Positions 1-10,506 of a DNA stretch of 64,000 nt are shown piece after piece. Every line of letters starts with the position of its first letter. Position 1 is the first letter of the stretch. Made by a program: the position numbers and the translations under genes. The notes beneath the pieces are model-generated. The model saw only the letters and a program-made list of their open reading frames with translations. It made no database searches and was not told the origin of the DNA. Source of the DNA: Schmidtea nova (taxonomy: Eukaryota); the NCBI GenBank assembly GCA_044892505.1, contig CM097882.1, forward strand, positions 381,424,001-381,488,000. Direction: 5' to 3'.

Positions 1-1261
1 ATTGTCTTTGAAAATCCTTTGAAAACTTAACAAATTTGTATATGTAGAAAAATGTACAAATACAGTTTAAGAGGCTTGTTTAATTTTCGTAGACAGTCTG
101 GCGTATCACCTTTTATGAATAAAATTTTAAACTGTCAGCGTCATCTGGGTATTCAAGTCAGCTGAATCAAAGGAATCCTGCGGATTATGATGTGAATGTT
201 TCTATATGTTCTCTTCTGTGTACATGTGCACTTATTTACAAATATTATAATTTAATTAAAATGATATATTTTTCCTTAATTTTTTAACTTCCTTTTTTTG
301 ATCAGTGATTTTGGAAATCCAGCAACCGTCTATGGTAGACCACCTATCTATACTCTAAATACTTTTTAGTTAATTTAACTTTAACTTTGAATCGATTTCT
401 TTTCACCTTGCTTTTATTCGCTGCTTCTCATAGGTTTTCCTTTTGACCAATTGGTAATTTTTATAAGGTTTCTTCATTTATTTGCAATCTAAACATCAAA
501 AATTAAAAAACAATTAAATTAGATAGGCTGAAGAACAGTGGCATTGTTAAAAACAAAATAATCAGCAGGTGGCTTTTCGCCTGTAATACCAAGCCAAGCT
601 AATTTGTTTGCGAATGGAAAACTCAATAACTTATTTAATTATTATGTTTGCCGTAAAGGCCGACACCTCGGGCATTTCACTACCCAATAAAATAAATTTT
701 TTTGTTTAATTATGTAATTGATTAGATTTTATTTTTTGTATAAATTTTTCTTGGAAACCCGTTGTTTTTTATTATTCGTATTCATCTCAACATTTACCAT
801 CTGCACATATATGTTTCGCCCAAAAAATGTTAATTTTTTCCATTTTTAATTAATTTTTTTAATTTGCTGAATTCCAACTAATCTTGACCCTTTTTATTGA
901 TTTACACAAAATTCTGTTTAATCAACTTTATTTTTGTACCAACCTAGACAATTACAAATAAACAACTTTGGTGTTCATGGCCGTCATATTTAATTTAAGT
1001 GATATATTAGTGCTAAAGTGATATTAGACGCGAAAATAAAATAAAGCTAAGGCAGTCGGATGTGTTTGCAAACAGTTTCTGTTGAACACTTTTAGTGCGC
1101 ATAGGCGAATATCAATTTCATACGAAATGTTTGCAAGTTACAGATTTTCTGTAAGACCTTGCATTTTCAAGTGATGCGATATCCTGTGTATCAGAAAAAA
1201 ATTGTTTCGATTTTTATTATACTTACCTGGCGAGAAGAGCAATTTTCGAGTCCTCAGCATA

Positions 1262-1297
1262 GCACTGATGAGAGCCAAAAGCTCGAAACAAGTCTGC
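1262..1297 (+). ncRNA. Minimal type I hammerhead ribozyme motif (canonical core)
   Basis: GCA-CTGATGA-GAGC caaaa GCTC-GAAAC aa GTC-TGC: CUGAUGA core, 4-bp stem II, GAAA, GUC cleavage triplet, 3-bp stem I (GCA/TGC). This is the architecture of Penelope-associated minimal hammerheads. Confidence 0.7.
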
Positions 1298-3528
1298 AAT
1301 TAAGGTTTTTCATTGTGTATCACAAAGCTTTACCTTTTTTTACTTGTATGAAAACAAACAGTCATCCGACAAATATTTTTCAAAATTTATAATTTAGTTA
1401 CGATAGATTCTTTAGAAAAAAATATTTTGAAATAAATGTTTTTAAAGCAAAAATAATGGGCGATTTTCAGAACTTATAAAGTAAAGGCGGAAATATATTC
1501 TTTTCTATCAATTTACAAAATAGTTAGAAATTAAAAAATATTTTTAAAAATATAGAAAAAATAAACTCAAAATGAAGTTCAGTATGAAGAATTTCTAAAA
1601 AAATTATTCCCATGCTTGTTTAAACGAAATTGTTAGACTTTATTGTCAATTATCGCAAGGTCAAAGTAATGAGATTAGAAAAATTTAGAGAGAGAAAGTC
1701 TAAATCGAAATTATCTAATCTGTCATAATTACTGATTTTTTAATCGCACTAAATTCGGATCAAAAACTTTTTAACTTATAAAAATTTCGCTTGTCCTAAA
1801 ATTAGATTAAGAATTTTATGTTAATTTTTTATTTTGTCCGAAATTAATTTTGAAATATTTTCCCCGTAAAAGGATTTGTCATTAAGTCAACACCGCCTAC
1901 TATGACACAAAATAATGAATAATTTCATAAACAAGATTAATTCTAAATGCATTTTTGAGAGTCATTAAAACATTCAATAAAACAAAAACAACATAGAAAT
2001 AAATTTACATTTTTGTTTATTGCGTGCCACTTGTAATGATGCGGTATTTCAAATAATAATTTTTTAATCCAAAATTTGTTCGTGACTTGCGCATTTCAAT
2101 TTTTGTTTGATTTTTAAAAATTTTAATCTGTGGAAACAAAGTTATGACGGTTTAAATCCGAAACAAACAAAATCTAGTAAAATAAAAACAAAGGATTAAA
2201 ATTTTATCACATTTTACTAGCGCAAATATTATTATTGCAATTTTATAACAATAATAAATTCATACATCCCAATTTAATTACCTACAATTTTTAACTTAAA
2301 AACTGCAATTTTAATCGGTTGATTTTTTTACATTAACTTTGACCATTATCACCACAATCTTAATAGAATTCAATGAGTTGGTGGGCTCTTGGTAACAATG
2401 GTTAAATGAGCTTTATATAAATTAAATACTCAAGGACTTTGTTTATGTCGAAGAAATTGTTGACAGAAAACTTAAATAAATTCTGGCTTCATGATTAGGA
2501 AATTAAATAATTTTCTTCTAAACAAAGAGAAAAACATATTTTTCAGGACTCATTTTAATTGACTGAAATATAAAGTACTTATTTGAAGGAAAACAAAAAA
2601 TTGTTTATGGGAAATATTATTCAAACAACAATATTCTATTAGTACATATGAATTGAAAATAGTGTTTTCCAAAACAAATTTTATTACATATTTATATCAC
2701 AATAAAATTTGCTGACGATATTTATGAGTTTAAATTATTAATTCATTTTTAACAATAAATTTAATAAATATTATTTTCTTACGGATTTAAATTTTTTCAA
2801 GTTATTGTAAATGTACGAAATAAATTTCTAACAATTAAAACCTCCTTTAAGTCATATAGCCATTTCTTTATAACCATACCACAAAATTGTTTTCAAAAAA
2901 TATTAACTTTAATTACTACGTTATTTTTGTCAGATTAAAGTTAAATTTCAAAGGCTGATAATAATGCGTAAATAAGCTTTTATTGGTTTATAGCCAAAAC
3001 AACATTAGTTAGTACTAACCAAAAATATTTTTAAGATAATAATAAAATTGTTAACTTATTTAAAAAGAAGTTAATAAACTTATTAATTCATAAAAAATTG
3101 AGTTTTATTGTTTTAAAAACAATTTATTCTTAAAAATATTTAAAATTAAATATTTTGAAAACTCATTTGAAAACTTTAAAAATGCATTCAAAATTAAATC
3201 TGAAAAATATAATTAGTGCAATAATTAAAATTTTTTAATTTCTAAATGCAATACTTAAAACAACATTTTACATATTTTGACTATAGTATATTGTTATAAA
3301 AGTGCTGGTTTCTTGGTAGCAGCACTAATAAAATATTAAATAATTAATAAATATAAAGATAAGCATTAGCTGCAAAATTTTATTGGGTGAAAATTTTCAA
3401 TAAAAAATAATCATCAATTTGATTGATAAAGATTATTTAAAATCGAATATTGTCACAAAATAAAACTTTGCTGCTAAGTGCTGGTTCGTTGGTATGGTGT
3501 TTGAACTGAGATTTTATTGATGTTATTA

Positions 3529-5600
3529 TTAGGGTAATCTCACCAACATAAAAATATTCACCCCGCTGTTACCCATGACTTGTCCCTAATTACTCGTCAT
3601 GTTGGTAATATATCTAGCGTTGTAGAATGATGAGGCAGGTGAGCAACCTTGCGGCTACTATTCCGTCATTTATCTACGGGTCCACCACTGCTGATAGAAA
3701 GCCTGTGTGGTTTTATTACGGTCCCCATTTACATTTCCCACTAAGTTTAATTATGTCTAGGGTTCTATTTATTGTAGTTTTTTCCAGCTACTCGTAAATG
3801 AATTGTGTATATTATTATTTACTCAGACATTTCATCTATTTCATCATACAATGCTCATCGAATCATAAAACAAGACTTTTAGACTCAATATATTTATTTA
3901 TACAGAAAAATATTCGTATTAATGACGTCGACGAGCTGTTTTTCAGTTAGTCCGCTTAGAAGATTGACTTCGATTCCGAGCCTCTCTGCATAGACCCTTC
4001 TTTCACGGCGTCGTTTCGCGCCCAGGTGGTTTCTCCTTTTCTTCCGCAATGACCCTTCTGGTATGGATCCTGTATTCCGTGTTTCCTTTCCCACAATAGG
4101 TGCAAAGTTTTCCTCCGTTTGGCTTTCACTGTTTGTACGTGTTGAAGTTACCCAGTGATTGAAAGTGCTGGCGCGAATTAATGGTCGTAACTGCTATTTG
4201 ATGAATTTTCGGGTCGACACTCGCAGATAGTTATTCAACTCTAGCCGGACAGCGGCTGCCTCTCGCGCCTGTTCCTCCAGAGCTCTTTCAGCTCTATATC
4301 GATGTTTCTGGATTTTCCTGACTCTTTCGGGATTGAACCAGGTTGTTCTCAATGTATCGATCTCTGCTTCCTGACGTTTTAAGTGACACTCTATTACCTT
4401 CATTCGCTTTTGTAACCGACGGTTATCACTAGCATTGGGGTTGCTCATGCTTCTATCCATCTGAAATTATGGCGATCATTAGATACTACTTCCCGAAATC
4501 TATGGACATCACTCCACTCTCACTCAACCCTCGGGTCAACCCCACCCCATTCGCACTCATTCGATCAGTTCCCATTGTGTTTTCGACCTGACTTTCCGAC
4601 TCTCACACAACATTCATCTCTCATCATTGAAGTTAACAAAACAATTTATTTTACTGCAAACACATATATGGAAGACTTGCGTCTTTATCGTAGTTCATCA
4701 AATTTCGACCCATTCTTGGTCGCACTCGCTATTCGCCTTCCGGGTACCATCCATCTCGAAATACTCCGAGCACGGCTTCCAACATAGCCTGTCATCATAA
4801 ATAAAAATTTCCCTAAGATGCATATACAGCTTCCACTGATCCTTGTCCATATCTACGTTTCCCGGAGAGTTCATATGGGGCGTAGTTTTCCAGTGAGTAT
4901 GCATCTTGGGCGTTTTAGAAGGATGAAGCCCATCTGTCGAAATATTTGTCCCGAGATAGGTATGAACGATAGTAGCCATCAGGGGTTAGTGGTGTGGTAC
5001 GTCGATGTCAACCCACCTGATTGAACGCGTATCGATGGTTTACTCGGGTGGTTGAAAACTTAAATAATGTAATGATAATTGAATGAAAATGATCATACCT
5101 TCTGAACCACGCTTGGTTTAAAACGGCACATATCGTCGTCTTTAGGTATCAGATTCGCACACCATATCTACTCTCATTCATCAGGCATCATCATCAACAA
5201 CATTTATCATAAATTATTTTTACAACATTCTTATCATACCATGCAATCGATTGGGAATGTTAACTTTCGATAATTTTCTGCTGTGTGCTTGTGACTATTT
5301 CTCGCTGTGCCTTCCTAGTGAACTTCAATGAATTGTATACGTCTCATTGCTTTTGTTAGATATTCTACTACCCGCCATCGTTTTAAACTATAGGGTTTCA
5401 CGCGGACCCTTCCATCTCAGGAAATTTACTATTTATGTTTCTGTCTGTTCAGTTCTTTATGTGCACCCTTCCCGCATGTTATGATACTACGCCACATCAG
5501 CCCTCGTCTGAAGGTGTTGCACTGAGAGGCCCAAACGCCCGGCAGGTCCGATGACCTTTGGGATACCTTATTCATTTTAATAGACAATCATGAGGGTTTA
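3529..5600 (-). mobile_element. Unclassified dispersed element, copy E1 (5' boundary uncertain)
   Basis: GC-elevated island. Its ORF is homologous to remnants at 12.5-12.8 kb and 28.7-29.1 kb. Its 3' structured region is shared with 13.64-13.82, 24.45-24.59 and 34.07-36.02 kb. It ends CCCTAA|T. Confidence 0.55.
3894..4460 (-). pseudogene. 189-codon frame with one internal TAG (4194-4196): coiled-coil N-terminus, Arg/Lys-rich C-terminus; unknown function
   Basis: Track ORFs 4194..4460 and 3894..4094 are in the same frame, and the 33 codons between them are open (QLRPLIRASTFNHWVTSTRTNSESQTEENFAPI). Confidence 0.6.
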
Positions 5601-7044
5601 AATCAGAAATAACACGAGTTGTCAAAGATTTACCTTTATTTCCACAAATGGGTTCGGTTACAAAATGTTCTGTTTGAAGTTACACTTGATACACTTACTG
5701 GTAAAAATGACATTACATTACTGAATTTGGCTGCCGAATTTATACTAATTTTCACTGACGGCCAGGCAATCACAATTCAGTGTGTATGCAAATATGTTAT
5801 GTTTTTATTCTTTCTGCTTGTGATTATGTTATTAACTCTGTAAGTTTTCTGTAGTTACTCATGCGTTTATGTTTAAATGGTTTTTATTTTATTTTAGGTT
5901 TACGTATTATTCGAGCGATCCACCCCCTCGCTGTCAATCCTGAGTGATTCAGCGCATCATTTCACTTTTTCTCGTTTCGGTTCACCTGATTTTACGTAAA
6001 TTTTATGTTTTTCATTGTTGATTTATTGTTATGACAATTGATTCATGTCTCGACTATTTTCTGCTTGTCTGTGGTAATTTAATTGTTACATATTTCATTA
6101 TTTATACTTCGTTTTGGTTTTTTATTTAACTTGGTTGGCCCAACATAAGGCTTATCTTGCTTTTAACTTCAAATTTAATATATGCATCAAATATGTACTT
6201 CCCCTCAAAAAGAAATTCTGTCAAGCATTGCCATCTCAGACAATAATCAACTTATTGTGAAAAATTAACAATTTAAATCATAAAAAATCCACTGATTGTT
6301 AACTTAAAATCTTAAAGAATTTTTTCTCATCAATTATTGTTTATTCTTTTGAAACGACCAATAATAATTAAATATTAACTATAAAAAAATTATCATTAAT
6401 CCTGTAATACATGGCTCCAACCTTGTGCGGGCAGTATTAATTGCCACGATGTTTTTGCAGATGTTCGCCCACAGATCAAGTGCATTTACTGACACCCTTA
6501 ATATGTCTTGATAACAAAACAAATTTTTAACTTTAGATTATGTATTATTGAGATCAAAATTACTATAATTTGAATCTACCATCTTGAAAAAAATATTTAT
6601 GATTTGCCTGGTTAAATGACAACAATTTTTGAATCCCTTCATTTAAATATGAGAAAAATCACACAAATAATGAACATTTTAAATTACATCTCAATTAACT
6701 AAAGACAAACACAAGAATTCAGAAATGTATATTTTACTTTTCAATTTTATTCCAGCTCAAATAAGTCTAAATATTATCATCATTTTTAAGACAATTTGAA
6801 AGAATTTCGCAAAGGAGTTATCAGGATCTTTATAAGATCGAAATATTTCATCAAACAAACATCGTGAAGAAAGGCCTAACGTTTTTACCTTATTATATAT
6901 TATTAATATTATTATTCACACAGAAATAAACTATTTGACAAAACAACCAATATCATATTTACAGAAAGAAAACAATTTATACAAAAAATGAAACTAATCT
7001 TTAAAAATAAAGAAATAAGGCATTCTGTTTAAAATAGAGTTAGT

Positions 7045-7250
7045 TCAAGTCCATTGAATCAGAAACTCGGCCATTGAACAGTCGGATGGCAAATGCTGAC
7101 AAAATAAATGTCGCATGTGATTTTCTGTTATCTCAGACAGGTCTTGGATCAATTTGAAAATGGATTCCAGTTGGATTTTATCCACAGTCAAATTTTTCAG
7201 TTTGCATATGATCACTTCGTGAGACATGAAGAACACATCGGGATACCCAT
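7045..7250 (-). CDS. Probable terminal coding exon of an unidentified gene (DGYPDVFFMSHEVIICKLK...AEFLIQWT*)
   Basis: ttttcag acceptor immediately upstream, protein-like composition, higher GC than the flanks. Upstream exons not resolved. Confidence 0.4.
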
Positions 7251-8500
7251 CTGAAAAGAATACTATAATAAAAACAAATTTATTTTTTGCACATTTAGTT
7301 AAAAATAAAAATAAATGATATGACTATCAATCGCGTTATTTATAGAAATATCAAGCAGAATGTAGATGAGTATTTATAATGAAACCATTGCTAAGAGAAC
7401 TTTAGATGGTTCCCCACCATTGTTAACTCTTTCGTTACCCTCATTAACCAATTAAAGCATCATTTTACCACATAGGTTATAAATATATATAAATAAATAC
7501 TTTTACAAGATGGGAAACATTGAAACAAAAAATAATTTCGAAAACTAGAAGGCATGTTACGAATACACAGTTTATCTAATATAATCCTAATGTAAGTGAA
7601 ATGAAATAAAATATTCAAATCCCCATTTGAAGATTGCGATAACGAATGGACTAGTAAAACTAGCTGTACCAGAGGTTCTCAACTGCGGACGAAGTGTTCA
7701 GGGTTTAAACATCAAACCAAAATTAAAAAGATTCTTATAATTAATATACATTAAATATATCATCGACACTAATAATTTTCTAATAAAGCTCTTGTTTGGT
7801 ACTATTTAGAACAGGATTATAATTTGTCTTTAGAAGTATTATTGAATTCCAGAAGCCAAAAAAATTCTTTAAATAATTTATGCGAGTAATATTTTATTCT
7901 TTTTCTAATGGAAAATATTCGGCAAAATCTTAATGAATATCTTTTATCAAGTTTTATAAATAACGCAAAAGACCCAAAATGACCAAAAATGTCACGTGCT
8001 TTCCCCTTTCGCACAAAGCAAATATGCAAAAACATCGGTAGAAAATGAATAACCCCATTTAATATTTTTAACAAAAATATATTGTTCAAAGATAATTTAA
8101 AAAGCGAAGAAAAATTAATGGTGATGGATTGATTGCCTTCTATAAAATTGAGAAATAATTACAACGGTTGGAAGCGCGTATGATAATTGATGTTGTACTA
8201 ACTTAATAAAATAAATTATATTTGATTATACTTAATATTTTTGGAAACTGAGCCACTAATATTTTGATAGTTCATTATCAGTTATTCAGTATTCAGCAAC
8301 ATTCTTTGAGAACAATATCATTTTCATAAAATTTTCGATATTTTATTTTTTATTTTAAGACTAGATTATAATAATTTTTAATTGGTACACGAAATTTTGG
8401 CACTACCTTTATAAAGTATATAAAGAACTTTGATCTAATATTTAAAGAAAATGAAAATATTGAAAACTGAAAAGATCAACGGTTTTTTTTATAAACAATA

Positions 8501-8535
8501 ACACAATATTTCGGCACAGCCTTTATCAAGTGTGT
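8501..8535 (-). ncRNA. Minimal hammerhead variant (U3:A8 core)
   Basis: Reverse strand ACAC-TTGATAA-A-GGC tgt GCC-GAAA-TAT-T-GTGT; stem I extends AATA/TATT past a bulged C. Confidence 0.65.
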
Positions 8536-8694
8536 ATTTCTATCGTTATATTTACTTAATCCTAAATAGTAGCCTTAATTATTTTTTTAATATTTTATAA
8601 TGATTTTATTTTATCATCCAATAAAATCATTATAAAATATTAAAAAAATAATTAAGGCTACTATTTAGGATTAAGTAAATATAACGATAGAAAT

Positions 8695-8729
8695 ACACAC
8701 TTGATAAAGGCTGTGCCTAAATATTGTGT
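8695..8729 (+). ncRNA. Hammerhead variant copy with G12->U (predicted inactive)
   Basis: ACACACTTGATAAAGGCTGTGCC-TAAA-TATTGTGT; GAAA is changed to TAAA at 8718. Confidence 0.55.
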
Positions 8730-8781
8730 TATTGTTTATAAAAAAAAAATTTGATCTATAGTCATGAGAATTATTGATAAT

Positions 8782-8826
<45 letters not shown>

Positions 8827-9306
8827 CTGATTTATTATCAGCGTTACATACACATACATACAGTGACAAGGCTTTAAGTATTCAAACTATTTACCCGTGC
8901 TAGCACTGGATAAAGCTTAGTGGGTTAAAAAAATTCCTATGATAACCATAAATTTTTAACAAAATTTATCAAGTGGAATTCAATCAATCTTAGGTTATTG
9001 ATTACATATTGGAATAAGAATTAATAAAACTATATTGTAGATAAAGTTTTAAAGTTAATTATTTAAAATAATTAAAGAAAATTAAAAGAAAATTATTTCA
9101 AGTGTTAAGGTATGGCGAAAGACAACTTATTATTTAATGACATTTTGAAAATTAAAACTAATGAAAAAAATGAAAAATATTAATAAAATGTCTAAAAATA
9201 CAAAAGAAATTTTAGGATAATAATAAATATTAAGGGAAAAGGTCATAATACGAGTGAGAATAATAATTGTGTATTAATTAAAAAAACAAAATATTATTTC
9301 AATTTA

Positions 9307-9510
9307 NNNNNNNNNNNNNNNNNNNNNNNNNNNNNNNNNNNNNNNNNNNNNNNNNNNNNNNNNNNNNNNNNNNNNNNNNNNNNNNNNNNNNNNNNNNNNN
9401 NNNNNNNNNNNNNNNNNNNNNNNNNNNNNNNNNNNNNNNNNNNNNNNNNNNNNNNNNNNNNNNNNNNNNNNNNNNNNNNNNNNNNNNNNNNNNNNNNNNN
9501 NNNNNNNNNN
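9307..9510. other. Assembly gap (N run)
   Basis: Run of n. Confidence 1.
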
Positions 9511-9745
9511 TGTATAATGATTTGTTTTTTATTATTTGTGTCGGGTATATATTGCTTGGATTCCCCCCCTCCTTGTATATTAAGGGCAACATTTATTTTT
9601 ATTATTATTTTTAATTATAATTTTAATTTAAAATTTTAATTTGGCTTACTATAGCAAATGCTATAGTAAGCCCAATCACAAATTAATGCAATCGATTTTT
9701 TTATTAACAAAATAAACTATTGTGGGAAACAAATTTAAAAAGACA

Positions 9746-10050
9746 ATTTTATTTACACAGAAGATTAATCAAATCTTATACGTTTAACCAATTTACAATA
9801 TCAATATCAAGCTATTTCAACTGAAGAATATTAGAAATTAAAGCTTGAAGAAAATTCCAGCCAATTTCATTTACATAGAAGATTAATCAAATTTTATACA
9901 TTTTTCCAATTTACAATCTCCATTAATATCAAGTTATTTCAACTGAAGAAAATAAGAAATTAAAAGCTTAAAAACAATTCCAGTCAATTTAATTTACGCA
10001 TAAAGTTAATCCAATTCTATATCTCTTTCTGATTTACTATTTCCATCCAT
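9746..10050. repeat. Diverged tandem repeat, about 118-bp unit, about 2.5 copies
   Basis: The block atttaca(c/t)agaagattaatcaaat...caatttacaat...tatttcaactgaagaa...aattccag recurs. Confidence 0.75.
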
Positions 10051-10371
10051 ATTAAGAGAACAGACGACATATTGTAAAAAGAAAATTCGAGAAATCCTTT
10101 GAAACTCAGACCGATCTTTAAGAGTAATCATTACTAAAGTAACTTTTGTGATTTTGGTTCGATAATTTTCTGTTAATATAATTGTTATAATATAATTTGT
10201 TGGTTGTTCAATTTTTGTTAATTATTAGTTATTTTAGAGCTTTTAGTATATATACACGCACGCACACAAAAGTATATAAGCATACACCCTGACTGTCTCC
10301 ACATAATTGTGGAGGACTCTCGGGCTATACAGTATCTCTTTACACTCATTCATTCACAATATATATACTAT

Positions 10372-10506
10372 NNNNNNNNNNNNNNNNNNNNNNNNNNNNN
10401 NNNNNNNNNNNNNNNNNNNNNNNNNNNNNNNNNNNNNNNNNNNNNNNNNNNNNNNNNNNNNNNNNNNNNNNNNNNNNNNNNNNNNNNNNNNNNNNNNNNN
10501 NNNNNN
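10372..10506. other. Assembly gap (N run)
   Basis: Run of n. Confidence 1.

Larger units (their letters stand above)
8474..8756. repeat. Long palindrome of Penelope-like 3' tail (about 137-bp arms, 9-nt loop) carrying two hammerhead copies
   Basis: 8491-8610 is the reverse complement of 8620-8739 with a single mismatch (8512/8718). The sequence matches the tail downstream of the GIY-YIG at 29.8-29.9 kb. Confidence 0.9.

Noticed and set aside
1220-1233. ATACTTACCTGGCG, identical to the U1 snRNA 5' end
   Set aside because: Downstream sequence lacks U1 stems and the Sm site; it is equally explained as the reverse complement of a consensus splice donor.
3626-3690. C/D-box-like ATGATGA...CTGA
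   Set aside because: The boxes are not conserved in the homologous E2 copy (ATGATGG/CCGA), and no terminal stem is seen.
3894-4460. Resemblance to hepatitis delta antigen (coiled coil, RRERRV, amber stop, about 190 aa)
   Set aside because: The similarity is only compositional; there is no alignable core, no HDV-like ribozyme and no rod-like self-complementarity.
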